From assembly GCF_001194135.2 (NCBI RefSeq), contig NC_068982.1, positions 51,584,987 to 51,648,986 on the forward strand: a DNA stretch of 64,000 bases. Direction: 5' to 3'. Origin of the DNA: Octopus bimaculoides. Lineage: Eukaryota. The notes beneath the pieces are model-generated. The model saw only the letters and a list, made by a program, of their open reading frames with translations. It was not told the origin of the DNA and did no database searches. Shown one piece after another: positions 47,851-61,308 of the stretch. The position numbers and the translations under genes were made by a program. Position 1 is the stretch's first letter, and every line of letters starts with the position of its first letter.

Positions 47851-48433
47851 GTATTTATATATATTTATTTTTCAATCTCATGCCCTTCACAATACTCTGT
47901 CACTTATATTATGGCATTTGATCCTCAAGGTTATGCCCTGCCTCTTGCCACTATCTATCTCTCTGTCTTCCTTTACTTAGGCATCTCATTTATACTCTGA
48001 TGCCTGATATTTGGCCACCATCTCAATCTTTTGGTCTTCATTCTCTCTCTCTGTCCCTCTCCTGCACTTCTCTGACTGTGGTCCAGTATTTATTTCCTTT
48101 GCAGCATCACACCTGTTTCTGTCTTCATTCCCGGCTGGGAAAGCTTTTACTTTCTCTTTCAGTAAGTCACCTATATCTATCTTACTATAACCTTTTCATC
48201 ATCACCTCCTTCAATGCCTCCTTCCCTCTTAAAAGTTTTTGTCTTGCAAGTACTTGGTGACACTGTCAGTGCAGGTGCCACTTAAAAGCATCCAGTCCAT
48301 ACTGTAAAGTGGTTGGTGTTCAGAAGGACAACCAGCTGTAGAAACCTTTCCAAAACTGACCTCACCTGCGCTTGTGCTACATAAAAAAGCATTACTCACG
48401 TTGCCTGTGCTTGTGCTACATAAAAAGCACCAA

Positions 48434-48640
48434 GTCCACATCTGCAACGTTTTTCTCAGTTCTACTAGTTGCAGCTCTTCCAGAATATTGATTGCTATCA
48501 ATATTTGTTCGGCTCATACACTCCTCTCCATACACTTTCTGCAACTTTGCTTAGGCCTCTGAGCTGGTATCACCAAGCTTTTGGCAAAATTTTATGCAGA
48601 TTCATGATCAATGCAATGATCACATGCTACACACATTCCT
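48434..48640 (-). pseudogene. mariner transposase N-terminal relic
   Basis: Minus frame CIKFCQKLGDTSSEA*AKLQKVYGEECMSRT...SGRAATSRTEKNVADV, the mariner HTH pattern with an internal deletion. Confidence 0.75.
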
Positions 48641-50451
48641 TCCAGGTACTGCTGCAAACAGCAGAAATGAGCTAGAACGTTAAAACTTAGTGGACATGCA
48701 CAGCAGAATTCAAGGTCAATTTTTGCCAAGCAGCTTCACTCTACATGCTTTAGCTTCATTACAATGACAACAGTCCAGATTCTTATTATATGGTATTTAT
48801 CTACCATATAAAAAAGTAAAGAAGGGCTATAAAACAAATGAGTGAACAAAATGTCATTGGCACATGCACACATGCAACACACGCATACAAACGACACTTC
48901 TCATATTTCATATTTGTATGCATGACATACATTCCATACTCACAAATCTCATTTATGCACTATCATTTCATATGTGTATATCTCATATATTCCCATTATA
49001 TATCCATTTGTACTTCTTTCTTATCTTTCAGTTACCTTCTTTCTATTGTTCTGTTGTCAAATAAATTATACATTTTTTGTATTTGATGAGTTTTTAATAT
49101 CAGTTTAAGTCTGAACCTCAACAAGCTCTGAATTTAGAATGTAGCCCTTCTTCTCTGAAGTCTTGAAAACATGAGGAAACATGGGTTATTAAACTAAAAT
49201 AGCTAATCTTATTTCTGTTGCTGTTTTTTTCATCTTTCCTCATATTTGAGATATGCAAGTTCAACAGGAATACTAGAACTTAGCTTGCGTTTCATTAATA
49301 TAACATTTCTCAGATAATGCGGGTTTTGAAATTTCAACTAAGAAAGGGCTCCTAATTGGTGGGAAATGGGAACTGAAAGAAAACCTGCTGTTTTATATAC
49401 TTTTTTATCAATCACTCACAAGGCATTGGTTGGCCCAAAGTTATACTCAAAGTGTCACATAGACTGAACTCAAAATCCCATAGTTGCTAAGGGGACTTGT
49501 TAACCACACACTCATGCGCTTTGTCTAGCCTTCTATTTATATTTCATTAATTTAGTGAACAGAAAATGTGAATAATTTTGGAGGAAAATTATACCAACAT
49601 TATGTTCTATTTTACAAAAAGATATCTTGTCTATGTTTTCTTCCTTGTAATTTTCAGATAATTCATAGTACATCTAGAATGAGTTATTCTAGATTGCATT
49701 AAATTTTATTTACAAGAAATCTCTGAACTGCTAAGGCATACCAAATAGGCATTAAACTTTTCCATCTGCAGTTAGTTAACAATTATTATTTCCTCTGTGA
49801 CATAACTTGTGCTGGAGGTGGTTCAAGTGTAGCTTCAATAAGAAATGGGTGGAGGAAGTTCTTAGTCTGATTGCTAAGAAAGATTTATCTTTGTGTCTAT
49901 CTACTGCCTGTATGTATGCCTCTGTCTGTCTGTCTGTGTATATATGTATGCACACATGTATGTAAGTGTCTCTTGCCTACACACACACATTCATACATTT
50001 AAGCAATGTAACTCTGCATGTAAGGCAGAGAGAAGCTCAAAGAGCTTAGAGAGCAACAGAGACTCACACCATTAATTGATGTAGGGAGGAGAAGGTGGTT
50101 TCCCTGGTATGGACATATGGTGCAAATAGCAGTACCTGCTGTGTTGGGGTGGGTCATGCACTGACAGTAGAAAAAAAACCAATGAATGAGCAGGAAGAAG
50201 TGGTGTGATCAAGGTCTTACAGATGAGATGACATAGTTTCAAGTGTTGTTACTGCTTTGCAGTATTTCACTCATACACTCATGATATCATGGGAAAATGG
50301 GCATTAAACCCATTTCATACCAACCTGCCTGAGACTACCTCTGATACAAACTGTTTTGCTTTAAAATGATCCAAATTAAAAAAAACTTTCAAAATTTCAT
50401 ATTAGTTTATGGTCCAAATACCAGCTAAATAAGGACAAAGTTATTTCACTA

Positions 50452-50832
50452 TATTACTCTTTACTCTTTACTCTTTTACTTGTTTCAGTCATTTGACTGC
50501 GGCCATGCTGGAGCACCGCCTTTAGTCGAGAAAATCGACCCCAGGACTTATTCTTTGGAAGCCTAGTACTTTTTCTATTGGTCTCTTTTTGCCAAACCGC
50601 TAAGTTATGGGGACGTAAACACACCAGCATCGGTTGTCAAGCGATGGTGGGGGGACAAACACAGACACACAAACACACACGTATATATATATGTGTATAT
50701 ATATATACATATATACTACGGGCTTCTTTCAGTTTCCGTCTACCAAATCCACTCACAAGGCTTTGGTCGGCCCGAAGCTATAGAAGAAGACACTTGCCCA
50801 AGGTGTGACGCAGTGGGACTGAACCTGGAACC
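50452..50832 (-). mobile_element. Young dominant-family SINE (head truncated), nested in a piggyBac-type MITE A (~50305-50900)
   Basis: (tactctt)n tail at left; MITE A-like sequence precedes it (ataccaacctgcctgagactacc) and AT-rich MITE-like sequence resumes after 50832. Confidence 0.88.
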
Positions 50833-51184
50833 ATCTTTATTATTTTCAAAATTATTTGAAGCAAAAGCTGTGTATTTCAATTAAAAAAAAATGAGTTTTG
50901 AATGGGTTATTAAATTTTTTAATAAAACTTTCTATGATATTATTAAATTAGTAAAATTATATTAGATTTTATTAGCACCAATCTTATTAGACTCCTGCTT
51001 CAGATCCTCTCTGTGAGCCTGTTTCCTTTTCTTTCTCAAATTGGTACTTAAGCCTGATAAACGTTTATGCTGAAAATCTTAACTGTTAATTAACTCATAA
51101 TTAATAAATTAGTAACTTCACCAAAATACTTAATGAGAAATGTCTGTCTAAATTATTTAGACTCCCTAAATTGAAGTTATCTGC

Positions 51185-51610
51185 TTGAATATATGATCTT
51201 GTTATTATCATTGTCATTTAATGTCTACTTTTCCATGTTTGCATGAGTCTGACAGAATTTGCCACATCAGATTTTCTATGTTTGGATACCCTTCTTTTTG
51301 CCAAGCCACACTTTTTTCCAACCAAACTAGTATTTCCTGATAGTCGGGTGTGTTTTTCACAAAAAACTGGATTCAAACAACATCACTTGTATGGTGATGA
51401 GGCCCTTTTACAATTATCATATGATATCAAGACAACGGTATATACATACACACATATATATGTCAGGTTTCTCCCAGTGTTTATCTGCCAAATCCATTCA
51501 AAAAGCTTTGATTGGCCCAAGGTTATAGTAAACACTTACTCAAGGTACTGCACAGTGGGACTGAACCTGAGATCACATGGTTGAGAAGCAAGCTTCTCAA
51601 TGCACTCAGC
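51185..51610 (-). mobile_element. RTE-tailed SINE with the dominant-family head
   Basis: catttaatgtctacttttccatgtttgcatgagtctgacag at left; cagtgggactgaacctgagatcacatggttg head at right. Confidence 0.7.
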
Positions 51611-52499
51611 CACGAGATCATAGTTAAGCTATAAAACCAACTTAATCAAAGTTCCCATAAACTTTAAACACTAAAAATTCAACTGCTCTCATACTTTTTT
51701 TTTTGGTCTTGCTTTCATCCATTGGACTGCTGCCATGCTGAGGTATCATTTTCAAGAATTTTAGTCAATCATATGGACCCTAGCATTATATTAGGTTGCT
51801 ACTTTGTCAATCCGTAGTTGTCAAATCACCGAGTCACACTTTCTTTAACATCAGTAAACATAAACAGACATGATGAACTTTTGCACAGTTTACATCTACA
51901 AAATTCCACTGCTGAAGTATTGATCAACCTGAGACAACAGCAGACACTTGCTGCACATTGAAACCAAACCTTGAATCATGTGGTTGTGAAACAAACATTC
52001 TAACCATATGATAATAAATTTTTGAAATTATAGGATATTTAATTAACCTTTTAATTACCATATTTCTTTAAAGAGTAAACTGGCTGTGCATTTCAATTTT
52101 CAAAAGATATATTTTGAGGGTTTTAATGAAATCATTTCTATTTTTATTTATTGGTATGTCCAGCTGGTGCTTAAACTATGACATTAAAAAAAGGTTCTTA
52201 CATAACACCATAATAAAAAAATTTTGCTCAGTTTATTATTCATATAATGATTAGATTAGGGTTGAGTTTTTAATTTAAATCTGCACTCTTTAATATGGTT
52301 TCAAATTTTGCCACAAGGGCAGCAATTTTGGTTGAGGAGGTGAGTCAATTACACCAATTTTGGTACTTATTTTATCAACCCTGAAAGGATGAACAGCAAA
52401 GTCAACCATAGCAGAATTTGAACTCAGAATATGGCTACTTTGGAGTAGATTTTGTAACATGGAACCTAGAGCAGACTTGGACAGGTTAATATTGAAAGG

Positions 52500-52900
52500 A
52501 TTAACACTTTTTTGCTTGTGGGGCAAAAAGCTTTCTTCCCAACCACATGGTTCCTTGATCAGACCCACTGCATGGCACCTTAGGCAATGTCTTCTACTAT
52601 ACCCTCAGGCCGACCAAAGCCTTGTGAGTGGATTTGGTAGATGGAAACTGAAAGAAGCCCATAAATATATATATATATGTATGCGTGTGTTGGTGTTTGT
52701 CCCCACCACCATTGCTTGACAACCAATGCTGGTGTGTTTATGTCCCTGTAACGTAGCAGTTTGGCAAAAGAGACCGATAGAATAAGTACTAGGCTTACAA
52801 GGAATAAGTAAGTCCTGGGGTCGATTTCTTCAACTAAAACCATTAAAGGTGGTGCTCCAGCATGGTCGCAGTCAAATGACTCAAACAAATAAGAAAATTA
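52500..52900 (+). mobile_element. Dominant-family SINE, directly after a second-family SINE fragment (52295-52440, -)
   Basis: ggcaccttaggcaatgtcttctactat...ggtggtgctccagcatggtcgcagtcaaatgactc. Confidence 0.85.
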
Positions 52901-54059
52901 AAAGAATAGTATTCTTAAAGTATATTTCATCTAATAAAATTGGTCTGTACTAAATATGCCTAAAAATTTAAATCAAATATTAGATCTCATTCTATATCAT
53001 CTATAAATCTGGCTTTTTTCTTTCTCAGATAATTATAAATCTTGTAGATTGAGGTGGCATTACAACACGGCCAGAGTCCAATGACTGAAACAAGTAGAGG
53101 ATCAATTATTACTTCCTTGGTTTGAAAACTAATGCTAAATGTGACATGATGCCTTGTAAAGACTCTTATAACATTTATAAAATTGTTGTCTATGTGTACA
53201 CAAAACAGCCCTAATTTTTCTCATAGGTTATTATTTAGAAAGGGCAGGTAGTACTTCTATACTGCATTGCAAGTGGGGTTAAGACAACTTCCTTTTTCAT
53301 GTTAAAAACCAATTTAAATGCTCCTTTCTATCCCCCTTCAAACACATACACATACACACAGTCAGTCAATCACTATCTCTACCTCCCTCAGTTTGTTTTT
53401 CATTTGTCTCAGAGGCTAAAAGGTCTAGCTTACACAAGTGGAGTGAGAGGTATGTTTGTTTTCTTCTCTCAGCTAGGTAACTTCCTCCTGTTGCCGTTGT
53501 CACCAGCTGATGTCCAGGAAAAGGAAGCACTAAGTTTGTTTCCAACTTGGCCATCTGATCTCTGTTTCGGCTCTGTATTGCTTTTGTTGTTTTTAACCAT
53601 CCCATGTTGATTTTGGCTTTACACTCTCATATAAGCTTGTCATTTCAATCTGAAACCCTTATACTTTTTATTTATTTATTATTTACATACAAATCTTGCT
53701 TTTTTTTTGTTGTTTTGGTCTTTTCTTAACTTTTTGTCTTTTTTAAACTTTGTTATTTAGCTGCCACGTGGAAACCTTTTTCAAAATGTGTTTTGCAATC
53801 AATATTCCTTTTTTTCATAATTTTGGTTAAATTATATTTACTGACAGCTAATTGTAGACAAGCTGTAAGCAAATAATAATTTAACCAAGCTTCACTATGG
53901 CTGTGCAGCTATGAAGTAGCATCATGACTCTTCTACTGCAGCTTTTAACTGACCAACTCCTTATGAGTGAAACTGGGAGATGAAAACTGTAGAAGTGATA
54001 TATAGACATAGATAGATTCAAACACATGTGCATACACTCACTATATGTGTGTATCCTAG

Positions 54060-54312
54060 TCTTGCGGGATCATGGGTGCTAATTCCACATAAAAGCACCC
54101 ATGCCGATGCCACATAAAAACACCTTTGCCAATGCCACATAGAAGTGCTAAGTACATTCTGTAAAGTGGTTGGCATTAGGAAGGACATCCAGCCATAGAA
54201 ACCACACCAAAACTGACAAACGGAGCCCAGGCAGCTCTCCAGCTTGCCAACTCATGTCAAACTATCCATCCTTTGCCAGCATGGAAACTGATATTAAAAG
54301 ATGATGATGATA
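54060..54312 (+). mobile_element. RTE-type 3' terminal repeat
   Basis: Tandem ccacataaaagcacc units, gtaaagtggttggcattaggaagg, ends aaaagatgatgatgat. Confidence 0.75.
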
Positions 54313-54840
54313 TACATTGTGTGTGTGTCTGTCTCTATATTTGTCTCTTCAAATGTACCATTTGGAAACTAGTGCTGTGTATTTTTCTTATAACTTAGTG
54401 GATTGGCAAATAGAGATCAATAAGTACCAGGCTTTAAATAAAGGGTACTGAGATCAGTATGATTTGACTAAAAACTAAAAGCGCTTAACTTTCTTTCAAT
54501 ATATAAAATTTGTATTTGTAATATTGTGCTCTCATTAAACATATCCATGTAGCCAGTTGAACAACTTGTTGAAATCTAGTTGCTGAGACATCGTTTCTGA
54601 GGATCATACTGTATGTTACAACATGCACTGGTTGATTCTACTGGGCCATTGCGACTTGGTCATACTCTCTTTCCTGGCCAGTCTTACTGTCTATGCATAC
54701 CTGTTAATGTTTAGCCCTAGGCTGGCTCTGAGTAGATCCAAAAATCAAAGAAGATTCCACTCATAACCATCTCATCTGCCTTAATGTCTTTTGAGTGAAA
54801 TTTGGTTGATGTAAACTGTTTGGAAGCCCATTATATACTC

Positions 54841-54878
<38 letters not shown>

Positions 54879-56535
54879 TGTGTGCCCGCCTCTGTGTGTG
54901 CCTTACTTGATGAAAAAGTAAGGGTTGACTTCAAGGACATCTGACTGTAGCAGTATGATTCAGCGTTTCTCATGCAACTCATGCCAGCATAGAAAAATGG
55001 ATGTAAAAACGATGATGATTTTGTATCAAATACAACAATGTAATTTTAGATACAACCTGTTTTAAGATGGTAGGATGTGATTTAAGGGAAATTTAGCTGC
55101 TATCTCTAGCTGGGGATCAACTAGATATAGGCTCCTATGTTGGCTGTAAATTCTGATAGTGGCTACAGCAGCGTGAGCTACAGCTATTGTTTCTCTCTGA
55201 TTGTCAACAGTGGCATGTATTCCAACACAGTGTTCGGTGTTTACAAGGCTGTTGATGCTGCTTTATTTTATTGTGTATGTTTGATTATTTATTTATTTAT
55301 TCTGCATTAATTGTTTGGACTTAGCAAGAGGGATCAGGTTTTCTGGAAGCTGTTGAAGTAGCATTCCTGTTTATTGTAGATGTGTGTGTTGTAGCAAAGA
55401 TTGCAAAGTTAGGGTTCACTGCAACAAAAAATTGTAGTGTCTCAATTTTTAGTGTGCAGCCTGTGATGATGTAAAGTACACTGTTTTGAGTTATTTACAG
55501 TTTGTTGTGGTTTGTAATGAAGTGACTGGGCACCCAAGTAGAACTACCCCAATCTATAACACTGTGTAACACATTTTTTTGTCCCTGGGTAGCATCTGTT
55601 ATTTCCTATTTGCTTAGCCCCAGAAAGTATGTAAAATGGCTAATATTTCCTTCAAACTTTGCTTTTGTATGTTTACTCAAACCCCAAAGAAACCTTCTAA
55701 ACACATAGCTACGATGCTCCCCCACTACTCCTCCTCATGATCAGATGTGCACATATTGTCAGCCACTAAGGGACATGCTTAAGGTCAAGCAATTGACAAG
55801 CAAATCTGTAGTATTGAGCAGAATATTTGCTATGATGATATTTCTGCTTCAGCAACTCAACACTGAATCTGTCTGAAATGTAATGGAAAATAGGTCAGTT
55901 TCAAAACATTGATGTCCAGGTCACAAAAGCAAGTTTGAAGGGAATAGTAGTCATTTTCTTTTGATTTCTAGATAAAAGCAAATAAGAATTAACACTTACT
56001 GGCCAAAGGAGAAAATAGATAAATAAATAAAAAATTTTGTTACACACACAGTGTAAGAGATCTATATCATATTATTTGTACACTAATGTTGTTTCTTCTT
56101 TGTTTGCAAAAATGTCGTAGCTATAAATGCTCAAGGTGTGTATGCACATTGTTTTTTCTTTGTTGTGGCATCTTATGTATGCCACAACAATGAATATTTA
56201 TAAGTGTTGTATGTGATTCACAGTGTTTTATGTGTGTGTGGTGTGCTTATGTTGTCAAATGTGACAAGTGTTTTTGTTATATTTTTCCTTTAGTGATTCT
56301 GGTAAAGGAAACAGTGGATTAGGTAGATACTACAAGTCAGGTTTGTTGGCAGTTGGAGAAGCTAGTGGGGAAAGGTAGGAGGATGTGACTGCGATGTCAT
56401 CTACATATGAGGTTGTATGTATGTTTTGTAAAAGTAATGTTAGTGTCATGCAGCCATGTCTAGAGAAAGGAAGAGGATGTTAATGTGTTATCATCTATGT
56501 ACAAGGTTGTATGTAATTTTTGCAGCAGTATAGAG

Positions 56536-56877
56536 CAGGGTTTCTCAACGGTTTTTTTGATTTATAAACCCCTTTGATTACTATTTTATTCTGGTGGGCC
56601 ACCATATAGTCATTTGATGTTTAAAAACTAGTTTTATAGACAACTTCTTTCAAAATTCCTATTTGGTTTCTCACACCTTAACTTGTGTAGGTTGAACTAT
56701 GTAAAATGTTAGTGAAAGAAACCTATCTGTTTCTTGCAATACATACACCTAAAGCAAAATTTTTTCACAGGCACTTAAAATACTTGTTGGTCTACAATTT
56801 ACTATTTTGTTGCGTAGATCCCACAAAATTTTATATGGACCCTCAGGGGCTATATGGACCCTGTTTGAGAAACTCTG
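56536..56877. mobile_element. hAT-type MITE (long variant)
   Basis: cagggtttctcaa...ttgagaaactctg ends; target duplication gtatagag / gtataggg (7/8). Confidence 0.85.
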
Positions 56878-57504
56878 GTATAGGGTAATAAAAGTGAGAG
56901 GACTGATCATTGTAGTACTCCATTCAAGAAAGTTGCAAATTCTCAAAGTGGTGTTGTTTTACAGTATATAATCTTAGTAACCTGACTGGTAGTTTACCTA
57001 CACCAGTATCATGTGTTAATTCTAAAGGAGATTCACACAGATGGATGATTAAATAATGAAAAAGGAAAATAAAGTATATTGGTATCAGTGGTGACAGGGT
57101 GTAGAGAAATGAGTGGAAAACAAGACTGATGTTAATAATTAAGATGCATTAGATTTATGAAAGTTAGTAGAGTGCAGTTTCAGGAAGAGTCTGCTATTGT
57201 TTCTAGTAAGGTGAATGACATTGTAGAATGTATGGGCAACCTTTTTTGAGAAGTGAGTAACATGAGATGCAGTTTGTCTTTAGGTGAGCTACATCACTTA
57301 ACAAAAAAAAACAAAAAAACAAGGTAATTTTTTATTAGGCATATTGTTCAGAAAGTCTTGCAGGCCACAGGTTGTCTATGACTGGTGTAGACGCTCTCGC
57401 TCTCGTTAAACACTATGACCAGCTGATATGCTTGGATGTTAAATGGAGGAATATATTGTTAGCAGCAATGCAACAAGCAGACCTTGTCTACCAGAAAACA
57501 CCTC

Positions 57505-57548
57505 ACACTCTCTTTCTCTATCTCTTTCTCTCTCTCTATCTATCTCTT

Positions 57549-57579
<31 letters not shown>

Positions 57580-57636
57580 ATTTCTTTCTCTCTCTCTTTC
57601 TCTTTTTCTCACTCTCTCTTTCTTTCTCTCTCTCTG
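57505..57636. repeat. Imperfect (CT)n / CTTT microsatellite
   Basis: About 130 bp of nearly pure C/T. Confidence 0.95.
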
Positions 57637-60039
57637 GTGAGTGGTTAGTGAAAGAGTCAGGAGGTCTACTGTCTCATTCATTACCTCTGAAAAGTGGTAG
57701 CAGACAAAGATACTTGGAGGAGGGTGTGTGCTGAGAGGAAAAGCTGCCAGTGTTTCGGTTACATTTATAGATACACTTACATAAGCTTCATTATAATAAG
57801 GTTGAGTGAGTGGTTTTGATGGTTACAGATGTAGAACAAGCTCATTTTATTTTAATTCACAAAAGGAAAAGCAACTTAACCATCTTCTAAGAAACACTTT
57901 CTTATATATTTTTTTAGTAGTTTGTTATTGGTGAAATTAACTTGTTCATATTTGAAAATGTCAAGTTAAAGCATAAGGCAAGTTAATACAAAAATTTAGT
58001 TAGGTAATAGGGAAGATTTTTGTGTGTCCTATTCTTAAATGGTCATAGTGGGAGGAAAATTAAAGAAAATTTGATTAAAAAAATATATATGTATATTTCT
58101 AACATTTTAGCATTGGAATCATGGTGTCACTTTCATTTGGCTGACAAGTAATTAACCCTTTTTTCCCAAGCTTGACACCAAATGTTCTGCAAAAGTGTAA
58201 TATACAGATTTCAGGAAATCCATAAAATTACCAATAGCTTTCAAAATTGAAAATGTCAAAGATTTTTCCAATTTATTTTCTTTTGACATTTTTTTGTATT
58301 TTTTTAAAAATTACACTTTGTCATGATACTTTTTTAATTTTTTTATGAAGGATGTATTAAACATTAGTGTATTAATGGTATTCGTGACTGAATTTTCTCG
58401 ATTTTGGCTTTTCATCTATAGAGTACTACCATGCAGCTTTGCTGTAAGTAGGCAGTGAACCAGTAAGACACTTCTAAGATGGTGTAACAAATCAACTTCA
58501 CTAATTGCTGATCCTTAGTTTATCTGCTGCATTAACTGATTCTTCTGTAACCTGGAAATAGTATTATTATTTCAAACATTTATTCAAATAAACCAGAAAA
58601 TATCTTTTGATATTTTTTTACTGTTAAAGTGCAATCTTCAGTTTTTTTTAAAATTTACTAATAGCAGATTATTACAGGAATTCAATAGCAATATGTTAGA
58701 TGGGTTGTTCAAGAAATTTTCTTAATTTATATTATAATGAGCAGTTTACTAAATATAGTGTCACTGTTTTCTGTACCATTTAATTATCCATTTTCAACCA
58801 ATATTAAAGTACACCAGTTAAGTGCTGAATCAGCTTATGTCTGCCTTGTATTGTCCTTGAATCTTACCTAATGTTAGCAACAGTTGCAAACTCAATGTAA
58901 TTATACATTTAATGTGACTGAGTGGTGAATGTATTAATAAATTTAAAGACGATTCCATTGTTAAAACATGTGCTAATAATTAAAAAAGTTAAAACCAAAT
59001 TATATTGTGTAAGCAAAGATCTGTTTGCTGTTACGTTTAGACAATCAGCTGTGTTTATATAAAAATGGTTAAGTTAAACTCGAGTTAAAAAATAAGCTAA
59101 TTATAATAAACTTAAAACAGTATTATGTGAATTGTTTTTATTTCACTAGTGAATTATAGGTATTTTGTTGTATTACAGAAAAGTCCTCCATAGTTTTTAA
59201 AATTTCCTTTGATAATTATCAAAATGTTTTCTTTTGGTTCGAACTGTTTGATAATTAAATTCCTAATGAGAGAAATTTGTTATTTGAACTAAGTCTAATG
59301 GGGCAAGTACTGAGTGCATCATGCACTTAGCTGCTTTTATTAAAATCAACTTGAAGAACAGATAATTCTTTGAGCTGCATTACTTGCATCAACAGTAATG
59401 TAGACACCACACAGTATGCAATATGACTTAATTTGTATGGTGGAGTGATGGGAAAACTTTTTTCTTACATCCTGTCTTGTCAGTAAAAGAAAAATATTTT
59501 TTGTAGTAACTGTCTGATAAAACAAAAATAAGCACATTACATAATTAAGTCTACAAATATAAAGAGTGAAATTCATTCCCAAACTTTTGAAGCGGGAAGA
59601 TTTTTGTATTTAGGTAACATTGGTTAGTAAATAACTATCTATACAAACAAGAAAATATTTTCCCATATGATTTTTCTCTTGGAGTCTTCAACCTTGAAAT
59701 CACTGCATATTTTTCTTGACTCGTTACTAGGACAAATTAAAGAAAATAGACGATTACAATTTGAACCATTTGCTATTTCCATAAATTTTCATTTATAATT
59801 TAATGTTCATTTTTTCATATTTGTGTTATTTGACATGTTAACTTTCCATTTCAAAGTTACTTTACATGACTTAACTTTCGTGGGGTCTTATTTCTTCTAA
59901 ATGCACATTTGTATTATCAACACATAGTGTGTAGTGATATGTCTGAGACATAAATATTATCTACACCATACCTCCTAATTAATCCCTGGTCTACTTCCTC
60001 CATTTCCTGTCCTTTTTCATTATTTAATTATCCCATTAT

Positions 60040-60445
60040 CTGTATATGCTTCTGTCTCTAGATACCCATCTATGTCTTTGCTGTCTATCTGTTTGTCTAT
60101 CCAACTCTTGTTTGTCTGTCTATCTGTACATGTTGTGCTTCTCTATTCATATGTCTCTGTCTGTGTTTATCTCTCTCTCTCTCTCTCCCTCTCTCTGTCT
60201 ATCTATCTATCTATCTATCTATCTTCTCTATCTCTATTCATTTGTCTTTCTGTCCCTATTCATCTATCTGTTTGTCCCTCTGTCTGTCTGTTAGTCTTTA
60301 TTCGTCTGGCTGTCCCTATCCCTCCGTCTGTCTGTCAGTCTCTAACTGTTGATCTGTCTGTCTGTCTCTATTCATCTATCTGTCTCTGTCCATCTGTCTC
60401 TATCTGTCCATCTGTCCATCTCTGTCTGTCTATTTGTTACTGTCT
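60040..60445. repeat. Compound degenerate (TCTG/TCTA/TC)n microsatellite
   Basis: About 400 bp of tetranucleotide variants; the source of the 60046 and 60072 ORFs. Confidence 0.92.
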
Positions 60446-60449
60446 CAAT

Positions 60450-60690
60450 ACCCAGGACTCATAAGGCTGGTTATCCCATTTCCATTGTGTATAAATGAAT
60501 GAGATCATAACACTTACCCTGAACAGGATGCCAGACAGAGTTACTCATTTACAGATGAGTGGACTGGAGCAAAACACTACATGTGAAATGAAATGTTTTG
60601 CTCAAGAACTCAACACACTACCTTGACGAGGAATAGAAACCACAACATTGCAATCATATGTGTAACACCCTAACCACTAGGCCATACAAT
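60450..60690 (-). mobile_element. tRNA-SINE, third family
   Basis: gagtggactggagc...gaaatgaaatgttttgctcaagaac...caccctaaccactaggcc; partial relatives at ~40640-40790, 42280-42350 and 62558-62720. Confidence 0.65.
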
Positions 60691-61094
60691 TTCACAAACA
60701 TAATATATGAACATAATTTTAAACCTGTTGTATGTAGAATTTAGCTGACATTTTCTTAGTCAAATGACTACCATCAAAGCATCTACAGAATGTTCTAGTA
60801 AGACTTTCAGTTTGAAGATATTTTTGCATCAGAACACAAGAGAAATAAAATAAAACTCTGAGCCAAGGAAGTAAGGTCTCTGTATAGTCCTTTGACATGC
60901 TAGAAATAGCAACCAAACTTCTCTCAGATCACTTTTTGATGACTTAAAGAAAGGACACACTGGATTATTTTGCATTACTTGGAGGAGGGAGGTCTCCAAG
61001 ACTACTGGGAGGAAGTGGAAAGATATTCTCAGGCCTGATTCCTGGCCAGAATGCAGATGACTGAAGGCATCAAGAGTCAGATGGCAGTGTTTAA

Positions 61095-61308
61095 TCCTTT
61101 AGCATTCAGATAACTCTGTCAAATGTCATGCTTATTTATTCACATTGTTTTGAATTAATCATATATTATCTCATAGCTTTGAAATTTTGATGATGTAGTT
61201 GTATATTTTTTGAATGTCATTGTTGAGTGAGAGGCCCAACATGGCTGGTTTGAACATAAAACAGGTAGAATATTTAGGCTGGATATGGTTGGTTTAAATG
61301 CTAAAGGG
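61095..61308. mobile_element. piggyBac-type MITE, family B
   Basis: TTAA|tcctttagcattcaga...tttaaatgctaaaggg|ttga; colinear with 16377-16575. Confidence 0.8.
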
